NCBI GenBank assembly: GCA_964483005.1
Contig: CAYZZH010000001.1
Coordinates: forward strand, 23,370 to 87,369
Direction of reading: 5' to 3'
Source of the DNA: an uncultured Candidatus Saccharibacteria bacterium
GTDB taxonomy: Bacteria > Patescibacteriota > Saccharimonadia > Saccharimonadales > UBA4665
Length of the DNA stretch: 64,000 nucleotides
The translations under genes and the position numbers were made by a program. Numbering within the stretch: the stretch's first letter is position 1; the number at the start of each line of letters is the position of its first letter. Positions 51,360 through 59,798 of the stretch are shown in pieces. Below the pieces are notes generated by a model. The model was not told the DNA's origin, ran no database searches, and worked only from the letters and a program-made list of their open reading frames with translations.

Positions 51360-53000
51360 ATGGCTTTAAAGAGTAAAAACGAATATATCAAGGTGGCGTC
51401 ACATGAAGGTCGGAAGGGTGAGGTTAAGAAAGTTGTGTTGCTGTACAGCGGCGGGCTCGACACGTCGACTATGCTGAAGTGGATTCAGGAGCAGTACAAG
51501 GCTGAAGTAATTGCGCTTACCATAGACATCGGTCAGCAGGCCGATGACCTTGAGGAGATTCGCAAAAAGGCACTGAAGCTGGGCGCGCTCAAAGCCATTG
51601 TGGTCGACGCAAAGGATGAGTTTGCCGAGGAGTACATCGCCAAAGGCATCAAGGCAAATGGCATGTACCAGGGGCGGTACTACCTGAGCACACCGCTTGG
51701 CCGGCCGCTGCTGGCAAAATGGGCGGTAAAAATCGCGGCGCAGGAAGGTGCAGACGCCATTGCCCACGGCGCAACGGGTAAAGGCAACGACCAGGTGCGC
51801 ATAGAAGGCTCGGCACTGGCTATGAACCCGGACATAAAGGTCGTTGCGCCGGTGCGCGAGTGGGGTATGGGCCGCGACGAACAGCTGGACTACTGCAAAA
51901 AACACGGTATACCGGTTAAGCAAACCAAAGACAAACCCTATAGCTACGACGACAACATGTGGGGCGTGACGGGCGAGGGCGGGGAAATAGAAAACCCAGC
52001 GCTTATACCGCCCATGGAAGACATATTGCAGGTGAGCACGGTACCAGAAAAAGCCGCCGATGAGTCAGAGCTGATTCAGATAGAGTTTGAAAAGGGCTTG
52101 CCGGTGGCTGTCGATGGCAAGCAAATGAAGCTAGCCGATATCATCCAGCAGCTGAACCATCGGGGAGCAAAACATGGCGTGGGGATTACGCACCTGCTCG
52201 AAGACCGCATAATTGGCCTAAAAGTGCGCGGACTGTACGAAGCGCCAGCGGCCGAAACGATCATTACCGCCCACAAGGCTCTCGAGCGTTACACCAGCAC
52301 GCGGCTTGAAAACGAGTTTAAAACCATTGTCGACGAAAAATGGGCCTACCTGTGCTACGGCGCGCTTTGGTACGAACCACTTATGGATGACCTAAATGCC
52401 TACATCGACAAGGTCAACGACAAAATTACCGGCACCGTGACCGTGCGGCTTTACAAAGGGCACGTCGAAGCTGTGGCGGTCGAAACACCAAACACCGTTT
52501 TTGACGAAAAACTAGCTACCTTTATGGCAGACGGCAACCTGTTTAACCAAAATTCATCGGCCGGGTTTATCGAGCACTACACCTTGCAAATGAAGCTCGC
52601 GCAGACCCGGCAACGCACCGTGCTGCTTTCTGTCGGCACACGCGCGCACAAGCTCAAACTGCTGCCAGAAATGAAACAGCTGCATGCCATGGGCTACCGT
52701 ATGTACGCCACCTATAAAACGTACAAGTTCCTAAAAAGCCACGACATCGAAGCAATTTTGGTAAACAAAATTAGCACGCCAGAACTCAAACCAAATCTGG
52801 GCGACTTGCTCGACGCACGCCGCTTTGACTTGATTGTAAACATCCCCACCCACGACGAAAAGTCTGACGGAGCCGACAAAGAAAAGGGCGACGGCCAGGT
52901 TATACGCGAAAAGGCCGTGCACACCAACACACCACTCGTCACTTCGGTACCAGTCGCCAAAGACATGATAGCCAAAATCGTCCGCGCGAGGGTCCGGTAA
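51360..53000 (+). CDS. argG: Argininosuccinate synthase fused to a C-terminal MGS-like domain
   Basis: 546 aa. VVLLYSGGLDTS, HGATGKGNDQVR, YSYDDNMWGVTGEGGEIE. The extra ~140 aa, RTVLLSVGTRAHKLKLLPEMKQLHAMGYRMYATYKTYKFLKSHDIEAILVNK..FDLIVNIP, resemble a methylglyoxal-synthase-like domain. Confidence 0.85.
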   Translation: MALKSKNEYIKVASHEGRKGEVKKVVLLYSGGLDTSTMLKWIQEQYKAEVIALTIDIGQQADDLEEIRKKALKLGALKAIVVDAKDEFAEEYIAKGIKANGMYQGRYYLSTPLGRPLLAKWAVKIAAQEGADAIAHGATGKGNDQVRIEGSALAMNPDIKVVAPVREWGMGRDEQLDYCKKHGIPVKQTKDKPYSYDDNMWGVTGEGGEIENPALIPPMEDILQVSTVPEKAADESELIQIEFEKGLPVAVDGKQMKLADIIQQLNHRGAKHGVGITHLLEDRIIGLKVRGLYEAPAAETIITAHKALERYTSTRLENEFKTIVDEKWAYLCYGALWYEPLMDDLNAYIDKVNDKITGTVTVRLYKGHVEAVAVETPNTVFDEKLATFMADGNLFNQNSSAGFIEHYTLQMKLAQTRQRTVLLSVGTRAHKLKLLPEMKQLHAMGYRMYATYKTYKFLKSHDIEAILVNKISTPELKPNLGDLLDARRFDLIVNIPTHDEKSDGADKEKGDGQVIREKAVHTNTPLVTSVPVAKDMIAKIVRARVR

Positions 53001-54001
53001 TGCCCAGAGCCGAGTGGCAGCAAATAGATCCAAAACACCTTTTACTACAGCGGATTGCCGCTGCTGGTGGATGGGTCAATGCCCATACACACATAGACCG
53101 CAGCTACATTATTAACTGGGATAACTGGGATAAAATAGGCGACCCGCTGCACGTAAAATGGGATCATCCCGACGAGTTTAAAGCTACCGTTAGTGTTGAT
53201 AAAATCGTGACACACATGTGTCAGGTGGTCGAAAACCAGCTGGCGCAGGGGGTCCGGGCGATTGGTTCTTTTATAGACTGCGATAGCATTGTAAAAGACA
53301 AAAACCTCAAGGCGGCCGACCTGGTACGAGCCAAATATAAAGGTCAAATGGAAATCAAGTTTATTCATCAGCCTATCAAAGGGCTTATGGATGAAACGGA
53401 GCGTAAGTGGTTTGAAGAGGCGGCCAGTTTTGTCGACATTATTGGCGGGCTGCCCGAACGTGACAGTAAGATTAAGATTGGCGTTGACCGCAAGGCAGAG
53501 CACCTGGACATACTTTTTACGACCGCAAAAAAGCACAGCAAACCACTGCACGTGCACGTCGACCAATATAACGACCCGGCGCAGCGAGACACTGAGTTAC
53601 TCGCAGATAAAACCAAAGAGTATGGGTATAAGGGCAAGGTTGCGGCTGTTCATTCCATTTCACTGGCAGCGCAGCCTAAAAAGTACCGCGAAATGGTTTA
53701 CAAAAAACTTGTCGACCAAGACATAACCATCATCGCTTGTCCGTCTGCCTGGATAGACAGTCGCCGCAGTGAAGTGCTGGCGCCTTCGCACAACTCGGTT
53801 ACGCCTATAGACGAAATGATCCCGGCCGGTGTACGGGTGGCGCTGGGCACCGACGACATTGCCGACATATACAAACCGTACAGCGACGGCGACATGTGGA
53901 CCGAACTACGCTTTCTTCTCGAGGCAACTCACACCTACGACATGGACGTCCTCGCCGACATCGCCACCGTAAACGGCCGCAAGGCGCTGTTTTTGGACTA
54001 G
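53000..54001 (+). CDS. Metal-dependent amidohydrolase (cytosine-deaminase-like)
   Basis: 333 aa. WVNAHTHIDRS (HxH), PLHVHVDQ, AAVHSISL, ALGTDDIADIYKPY. Confidence 0.55.
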   Translation: MPRAEWQQIDPKHLLLQRIAAAGGWVNAHTHIDRSYIINWDNWDKIGDPLHVKWDHPDEFKATVSVDKIVTHMCQVVENQLAQGVRAIGSFIDCDSIVKDKNLKAADLVRAKYKGQMEIKFIHQPIKGLMDETERKWFEEAASFVDIIGGLPERDSKIKIGVDRKAEHLDILFTTAKKHSKPLHVHVDQYNDPAQRDTELLADKTKEYGYKGKVAAVHSISLAAQPKKYREMVYKKLVDQDITIIACPSAWIDSRRSEVLAPSHNSVTPIDEMIPAGVRVALGTDDIADIYKPYSDGDMWTELRFLLEATHTYDMDVLADIATVNGRKALFLD

Positions 54002-54580
54002 ATGCCTACGTTATTAGAAACCGCCCCATCTATAGTAGAAGCCACTATAGAAGATTTTGATGACATAAAAAGTATGATGGCATGCGCGAACTGCTATGCT
54101 TTTGAGCGCGGTGGTCAAGAGCAATGGCCAAACACCGAAGTTGTTCACGGACAAATACGGCATCACATAGAATGGCCTGGAGATGAATACTGGATTGTTC
54201 GTGGCCGTGAGGGGCTAATTCTTGCAGGTATAGGTGTGGCGTACTCAGATGAACGATGGGACGACGAAAGAGCTCTGTACTTTCACAAATTTATGAAGGA
54301 TCCAAGCCGCAGTGTACCAGGTGTAGCTGCGGCATTACTCGGGCATGTTGTGGCGTGGGCAGAGGCGCAAAGTATTGAACGTATTCGATGCGATGCCCAA
54401 ACGAGTATGCCAGGGCTTGTACGTTACTACACCAATTATTACGGGTTTACGGTTGTAGGTAAGTCGGTTTATGAAAGCCTGGGTAATGCCGAGGCGACTT
54501 TGTTAGAAATACCAACGGCAACACTGGCTGCCCGTTGCGCGGAAATAACCATGGCAGCCTCTGCCGAGTTGGTTGCATGA
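54002..54580 (+). CDS. GNAT-family N-acetyltransferase (tentative)
   Basis: 192 aa. ...PGVAAALLGHVVAWAEAQSIERIRCDAQTSMPGLVRYYTNYYGFTVVG resembles the acetyl-CoA-binding core. Confidence 0.45.
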   Translation: MPTLLETAPSIVEATIEDFDDIKSMMACANCYAFERGGQEQWPNTEVVHGQIRHHIEWPGDEYWIVRGREGLILAGIGVAYSDERWDDERALYFHKFMKDPSRSVPGVAAALLGHVVAWAEAQSIERIRCDAQTSMPGLVRYYTNYYGFTVVGKSVYESLGNAEATLLEIPTATLAARCAEITMAASAELVA

Positions 54581-55395
54581 GCGGAACTGAGCTGTTTTGG
54601 TTGAGGGTGGCGCTTTCGTTTGTGATTGGGGGCGTGTGGCTGATGCTTGTTTCTGTCATAGCCGAAAAGAAGGGGACGAAACTGGGCGGGTTGCTGGGCG
54701 GCATGCCGCACACGGTGCTGGTGGCGCTGCTTTTCATCGGGCTGAACCAGGGGGCTGAGTTTGCGGCGCAGTCGGCGGTGTCGACCATTGTACCTTTCAT
54801 CGTCAACCCGTTTTTCTTGTGGCTCTTGGCAGCGTGGGCGCGCAAAGGTTTGCCCTTTGGTCTAGTGACATCGGGGCTGTTTTGGCTTGTCGCTATGGTC
54901 ACTACGCATGCGCTGCACCTTACAAACATAGGGGTAAATCTCGCTATCTGGGTAGTCGGGATGGTGGTGCTCGTCAGTAACTTTAAACGTATCTTGCCGG
55001 TGCCCGAAGTAAAAAGCAGTCCGGTGAAATTTACGAAAACACAGCTGCTTGCCCGCGCGCTTTTTGCCGGAAGCATTATCGCCAGTGCGGTTGTGGCAGG
55101 GAAGTATGGCGGCGCTGTTTTGGGTGGGATATTGGCTGGGTTTCCGGCTGGGTTTCTTTCGACCTTTATCATTGCGTACTTTGCGCGCGGGCTTGCCTTT
55201 ACCCAGTCATTTGCCCGCATGCTCATGCTCAGCGGCGCCACAAACCCAGCAGTGTACGCCGTGGCCGTCCATTTTCTGTACCCGCAGGTTGGCCTGTGGT
55301 GGGGCACGCTCATTGCCTTCGCCATTAGCCTCCTCTCCATGCGCTACGTAGTCGCGCCAGTTATAAATCGTCTACTTCGCTCCACAAAGAGCTGA
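54577..55395 (+). CDS. Hypothetical integral membrane protein (about 8 TM)
   Basis: Track ORF 54535..55395. ATG 54577 overlaps the upstream stop (ATGA). Confidence 0.45.
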   Translation: MSGTELFWLRVALSFVIGGVWLMLVSVIAEKKGTKLGGLLGGMPHTVLVALLFIGLNQGAEFAAQSAVSTIVPFIVNPFFLWLLAAWARKGLPFGLVTSGLFWLVAMVTTHALHLTNIGVNLAIWVVGMVVLVSNFKRILPVPEVKSSPVKFTKTQLLARALFAGSIIASAVVAGKYGGAVLGGILAGFPAGFLSTFIIAYFARGLAFTQSFARMLMLSGATNPAVYAVAVHFLYPQVGLWWGTLIAFAISLLSMRYVVAPVINRLLRSTKS

Positions 55396-55411
55396 GCAAC
55401 ACAGTGGGAAA

Positions 55412-55475
55412 CGTTGAACGGTGCTAGAGTCGTTCAACGGTTGTAAAACGTTGAACGGTTTGGTATAGTTGAACG
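55412..55475. promoter_or_regulatory. Four (C)GTTGAACG boxes interleaved with the vapB promoter (antitoxin operator candidate)
   Basis: CGTTGAACG 55412-55420, CGTTCAACG 55431-55439 (inverted), CGTTGAACG 55449-55457, GTTGAACG 55468-55475. TGgTATAGT at 55461-55469, 7 nt before ATG 55477. Confidence 0.5.
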
Positions 55476-55476
55476 T

Positions 55477-55719
55477 ATGAACAACACCGTTACCCTCAGC
55501 GCAAAATACCAAGTCGTCATCCCGAAAGAAGTTCGGCGCAAGTTAGGCATTATGCCTGGCCAAAAAATACGCATTACAGGGGGACAAAACGGAGAGGCCG
55601 TCATAAGAACGCATTCTGTTATAGACGAGTTGCGTGGTTCTATGAAAGGCGCGTGGGGACCAAATAGTGACGAATATTTACGAAAGCTGCGCGAAGAAGC
55701 CAATCGTGATCGCACTTGA
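55477..55719 (+). CDS. vapB: AbrB/SpoVT-domain antitoxin (VapB-like)
   Basis: 80 aa. VTLSAKYQVVIPKEVRRKLGIMPGQKIRI. Confidence 0.75.
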   Translation: MNNTVTLSAKYQVVIPKEVRRKLGIMPGQKIRITGGQNGEAVIRTHSVIDELRGSMKGAWGPNSDEYLRKLREEANRDRT

Positions 55720-56137
55720 CACCAATATATTCATATATTGGCTTGATGACAACCCCGAGTTTTCCACCCAAGCAACTACAATTTTTCACCAAGCAGAGAG
55801 AGGGGATGTGACACTCTGTGCGTCAGACTTGGCCGTGATGGAAATACTCTCATCACCATTTTTAGACAGTGCAGACGCAACTGCCGGATACGCCAAAATC
55901 ATGGCTCTGGGGGTCTGTTACGAGCCTATTAGGAGAGATGTTTTGCTTACGGCTGCAAGTATCCGTCGAACGTATAAACTTGGTCCGATGGATTCCATCC
56001 ACGTCGCCTCGGCGCTCACCGCCGGCTGCACCCACTTCATCACAAACGACCGCCACATTTTGCGCCACAAAGTCCCCGGCATTGCCGTCACACCGCTCCA
56101 TGGAGCATCTGAAATGCTTGGTTTAGGTGTAAAATGA
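55706..56137 (+). CDS. vapC: PIN-domain ribonuclease toxin (VapC-like)
   Basis: Track ORF 55667..56137. GTG 55706 gives VIALDTNIFIYWL.. Later acidic residues lie in MEIL, PMDSIHVA and FITND. Overlaps vapB. Confidence 0.75.
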   Translation: MIALDTNIFIYWLDDNPEFSTQATTIFHQAERGDVTLCASDLAVMEILSSPFLDSADATAGYAKIMALGVCYEPIRRDVLLTAASIRRTYKLGPMDSIHVASALTAGCTHFITNDRHILRHKVPGIAVTPLHGASEMLGLGVK

Positions 56138-56141
56138 ACAC

Positions 56142-56750
56142 ATGATTAATGAAAAATTTGTGTTGGTTGGAGTGCTACTCAACATTACAGGTAGTGCTAC
56201 ATATGCATGGAAGACGCTGCAGGGCAAAACACAGCCCAACCGAGTCACGTGGTTTTTATGGGCGCTTGCACCGCTGATAGCTTTTTTCGCACAGTGGGGA
56301 GAAGGGGTAAAGTGGCAGTCGCTCATGACGTTTATGGTTGGGTTCGGTCCGCTCATAATTTTTATAGCTTCTTTCGTAAACCGCAAAGCGTTTTGGCGAG
56401 CTACGGTGCTAGATTATGTCTGTGGAGGTATTTCGGTCGCAGCACTGATACTGTGGCTTATCACCGGTACGGGTTGGGTTGCTATCAGCTTTAGCATTGT
56501 AGCTGATCTCCTTGCTGGTGTACCTACGCTCATTAAGGCTTGGAAAGAACCCGAAACAGAACATCATAGCGTGTTTCGAAATGGTGCTCTCAGTGCTGCC
56601 ATTACGCTGCTGACCGTCAAACACTGGAACTTCGCAAATGCCGGCTTCGCGATATATATATTCCTTATTTGTACTGTCCTATACATTTTCATTCGCTTTA
56701 GATTAGGGAAAAGGTTTAATATGAATTTGAGCGATGCATCCAAACATTGA
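56142..56750 (+). CDS. Hypothetical membrane protein (about 6 TM)
   Basis: 202 aa. No motif recognised. Confidence 0.4.
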   Translation: MINEKFVLVGVLLNITGSATYAWKTLQGKTQPNRVTWFLWALAPLIAFFAQWGEGVKWQSLMTFMVGFGPLIIFIASFVNRKAFWRATVLDYVCGGISVAALILWLITGTGWVAISFSIVADLLAGVPTLIKAWKEPETEHHSVFRNGALSAAITLLTVKHWNFANAGFAIYIFLICTVLYIFIRFRLGKRFNMNLSDASKH

Positions 56751-57453
56751 GGCGTGGAAGGGGCATGTGCGGGAGGCGGCGGGGCGGCCGGAGTTTGTGC
56801 ACCACGAGTGGTTTGTGCGGTGGCACCTGGAAATTGTGGAGCAGCTGGCGCTGGAGCTCTGCGACAGGTATCCAGAGGCAGACAGAGAGCTCGTTGAGGT
56901 GATGGTGTGGTTGCACGACTACGGCAAGATTCTTGTTGGGCCGACGGAGAGCGATGCATTTCGGGCGAAACAGTCCGCTTCTCGCTCCGCCGTACCTGCC
57001 GTACGTCTGCGCTCCGATGCTCCTGTTTCATCCCAAACTGCATCACTCTCCGTCACCCCAGACCCTCCAGAAAATGAATACACAACGACCATTTCGGCTG
57101 GGAGGGCGAAATTGACAGAGGTGGGTTTTGCCCCGGATTTTGTGGAGCGGGCTGTTTTGGGCATTGAGACCATGGATAAAAAGATGGAAATTGACCTGCG
57201 TGAGGTGCCGCTGGAAGTGCAGATTGTGGCGAGTGCCGACGGGTGTTCGCACATGGTTGGGCCTTTTCTAAGCTTGTACTGGCGGGAGCACCCAGAGCTT
57301 TCCACCGAAGAGCTTTTGGCTGCCAATAAAGCGAAACTGGAAAAAGACTGGAACCGCAAAATCACGCTGCCCGAAGCGCGCGCCGCCTTTGCCGCTCGCC
57401 ACGAGTTTTTGCTCGAACAAACCGGCAAGCCGCCAGACTCGTTTTTGCGGTAA
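56734..57453 (+). CDS. HD-domain phosphohydrolase
   Basis: 239 aa. VMVWLHDYGK (HD motif). Later ASADGCSHM. Confidence 0.55.
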   Translation: MHPNIEAWKGHVREAAGRPEFVHHEWFVRWHLEIVEQLALELCDRYPEADRELVEVMVWLHDYGKILVGPTESDAFRAKQSASRSAVPAVRLRSDAPVSSQTASLSVTPDPPENEYTTTISAGRAKLTEVGFAPDFVERAVLGIETMDKKMEIDLREVPLEVQIVASADGCSHMVGPFLSLYWREHPELSTEELLAANKAKLEKDWNRKITLPEARAAFAARHEFLLEQTGKPPDSFLR

Positions 57454-57477
57454 GAGTAAGAATACCCAGTGTTGTTT

Positions 57478-57552
57478 CTGACCCATGTCCTCTTTTTTCA
57501 CCTTTGCTTCACCTACCAACCCCTCCGGTTAAAAAAAGAGGACATGGGGCAG
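57478..57552. mobile_element. MITE-like non-autonomous palindromic element, copy B (75 bp)
   Basis: CTGACCCATGTCCTCTTTTTT / AAAAAAGAGGACATGGGGCAG (20 of 21 complementary). Perfect 9-bp direct repeats GTGTTGTTT at 57469-57477 and 57553-57561. Confidence 0.7.
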
Positions 57553-57578
57553 GTGTTGTTTTAATCGGTTGGTCGCTC

Positions 57579-57587
57579 TGCTACAAT
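57579..57587 (+). promoter_or_regulatory. Extended -10 element upstream of the 57608 gene
   Basis: TGcTACAAT. AAAGGAA SD follows. Confidence 0.4.
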
Positions 57588-57607
57588 TGAGGTAAAGGAA
57601 AAGCACT

Positions 57608-59530
57608 ATGGCACGCAAGCTACCCAACACCGACCCAGAAGAAATCAAGGCCGAAAAACACGTCGCCGAAATTATGGGCGAGGCGCACGATGCTGGTGGT
57701 AGCGCGACAGAACAGCCAAGGCCAACAGATCACACCGACGACGCTGCAAGGCCAGACAGTGGTCAGCCGCCACTTGGCGACCAGGCTGCTGAGGCAGACC
57801 TTGACATGGCAAAACTGCCCGAAGATTTCAAAACCACTGCGAGTACCGCAGACGACCCCCAAACTACTGCTGCAGTCGACGATATATTGCGCCACGAGGC
57901 CGAAAACGCCCTGCCCGACGCCGAAGCCGAGGCCGACGACAGCCCGTCAGCGGCAGTTGTGATGAAACCATCGTTTTTTGAACGGGTTAAAAACGGTTTT
58001 TATCACTGGTGGACAAACCCCTGGAAGCGCTATGGGACAATCGCCGCCCTGCTACTGCTATGTGTCGTGGTTTTTGTGGTGCCCAAAACACGCGCCATGG
58101 TTTTTAACGCAATTGGTGTACGCACCAGCGTTATGGTGACGGTGTACGACGGGGCAAGCAAATTACCGCTTAAAAACGCGCAGCTGCACGTCGACGGACG
58201 TGTTGCCAAAACAGACGAAAAAGGCGAGGCAAAGGTCACGGGAGTGCGACTCGGCACTCAGCAAGTGACGGTAAGTAAACCGGCCTTTGCCAGTAGCAAA
58301 AAAACGGTGCAGCTTGGCATGCGTATTACCGACATCGGCGAAGTCACCCTTAAGCCAGTTGGCGTACAGCTAACCTACCAGCTGAGCGACTATCTTTCGG
58401 GCAAGCCACTGGTCGACGTAGAACTAAGCAGTGGTGAGGCAACGGCAAAGTCAGACAAAAAAGGCAAAGCCGTTATTACACTGGCGCCGAGTGAGGTCGG
58501 CGACACAACCATTCGTTTTGCCAAAAAAGGGTTTCGTGACGAAAAAGTCGCAGTCACTGCCCTTTCGTCGGCCACAACAGAACAAAAAATGGTTCCCCAG
58601 GCTCGGGCAATCTACATTAGCAAAGAAAGCGGCAAATACGACGTGTACAAAGTGTACATAGACGGTAAATCGCGCGAGGTTTTGTACCCAGGAACAGGGC
58701 TAGAGCTACAGACTATTACCACGCTGCCTGCGCCTAGTGGCGAACATGTGGCGGTTGCCTCGACTCGTGACGAAAAACGCAATAAAGACGGCTACCTGCT
58801 CACCGCGCTCAACGTTGTCGATGTCGAGTCTGGCAGTGCCGTTAACCTCGACTACGCCGAGCAAATTACGTTGCTTGGGTGGCGGGGAGATGTGCTACTG
58901 TACCAACAAATAGTCGCCGGAGCGAGCGCCGCCAACCCTGCTCGTCAAAAGCTGATTGCTTACGATGTCGGCGCAAACAAACGCCTGCAGCTTGCGGCGG
59001 CCAACTATTTTACAAACGTCCAGCTTATTGGCAATACCCTGTACTACGGTGTGTCGTCGACCGACCCCAACGCAAAAGACGCGTTTGCTCGCATAGACGT
59101 CGACGGTACCGCCAAAAAATCTCTGTATAGCGGTGATGTGTGGTCGGTTATGCGCACCGAGTACACAAAGCTCAAGCTGCAGACACCCGACAAATGGTAC
59201 GAATACACGCTTGGAGCAACCAGCCCAGCGGTATCTACCCCGGCTGATGAGTATCGGTTTAGGACCTATCTCGACAGCCCAGACGTAAAACAGGCTGTTT
59301 GGGTTGATGTACGCGACAGTCGCGGGGTGTTAATGCGCCACAATGTGGCAGATCATACCGAAAAAGAGCTGGTGACGCAGCGCAACATGCAGGCCCCGTT
59401 GTATTGGTTGGGCGAAAACACGGTGGTGTTTCGAGTTGCAGGGGCGAGTGAAGTGGCCGACTATGTGGTGAGTACAGACGGGGGAGCCGTTAAAAAGATT
59501 GCCGACGTGAGTCTAACTGGCATGCGTTAG
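57608..59530 (+). CDS. Membrane-anchored protein with an acidic N-terminus, Ig/PEGA-like beta domains and a beta-propeller-like C-terminal region
   Basis: 640 aa. TM IAALLLLCVVVFVV. VTVYDGASKLPLKNAQLHVDGRVAKTDEKGEAKV. No catalytic motif recognised. Confidence 0.45.
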   Translation: MARKLPNTDPEEIKAEKHVAEIMGEAHDAGGSATEQPRPTDHTDDAARPDSGQPPLGDQAAEADLDMAKLPEDFKTTASTADDPQTTAAVDDILRHEAENALPDAEAEADDSPSAAVVMKPSFFERVKNGFYHWWTNPWKRYGTIAALLLLCVVVFVVPKTRAMVFNAIGVRTSVMVTVYDGASKLPLKNAQLHVDGRVAKTDEKGEAKVTGVRLGTQQVTVSKPAFASSKKTVQLGMRITDIGEVTLKPVGVQLTYQLSDYLSGKPLVDVELSSGEATAKSDKKGKAVITLAPSEVGDTTIRFAKKGFRDEKVAVTALSSATTEQKMVPQARAIYISKESGKYDVYKVYIDGKSREVLYPGTGLELQTITTLPAPSGEHVAVASTRDEKRNKDGYLLTALNVVDVESGSAVNLDYAEQITLLGWRGDVLLYQQIVAGASAANPARQKLIAYDVGANKRLQLAAANYFTNVQLIGNTLYYGVSSTDPNAKDAFARIDVDGTAKKSLYSGDVWSVMRTEYTKLKLQTPDKWYEYTLGATSPAVSTPADEYRFRTYLDSPDVKQAVWVDVRDSRGVLMRHNVADHTEKELVTQRNMQAPLYWLGENTVVFRVAGASEVADYVVSTDGGAVKKIADVSLTGMR

Positions 59531-59533
59531 AAG

Positions 59534-59705
59534 CCATTCCAAATCTTATACCATATCCCACCCCTGTATAGCAGCACATCTCTGTCACATTTTCTTGCTT
59601 CCATTTTTGCACCGTACTTCTAGTACGGTGCAAAAGCCGGGTCAAGAAAATGTGACATTCTGTACTACTCTACAGAAGCGCTATATGGCATAAGATTTGG
59701 AATGG
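59534..59705. repeat. 172-bp imperfect palindrome immediately after the 57608 gene
   Basis: Outer arms CCATTCCAAATCTTATACCATAT / ATATGGCATAAGATTTGGAATGG (22 of 23). Inner perfect arms GTCACATTTTCTTG/CAAGAAAATGTGAC and TTTTGCACCGTACT/AGTACGGTGCAAAA. Confidence 0.85.
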
Positions 59706-59735
59706 GTTCCTAGCCCCTGCCCTTTTTACGCCCGT

Positions 59736-59792
59736 TTGACTCGGCGATCATCTACGTAGGAAAACCGAATTTTAATTTCTGAGTGGTATAGT
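59736..59792 (+). repeat. 57-bp promoter-proximal module homologous to 47047-47113
   Basis: TTGACTC..GGCGATCATCTACGTAGGAAAACCGAATTTTAATTTCTGAGTGGTATAGT, compared with TTGACTGGTTTTGGCTGGGCGATCATCTGCCCCCGAAAAACCGAATGTTAGTTTCTGAGTGGTATAGA. Ends in TGgTATAGT, 6 nt before ATG 59799. Confidence 0.75.
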
Positions 59793-59798
59793 TTTTGT

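Noticed and set aside
54447-55340. 297-aa minus-strand ORF
   Set aside because: It is antisense to a plus-strand multi-TM protein with coherent hydrophobic periodicity. The minus frame is low-complexity.
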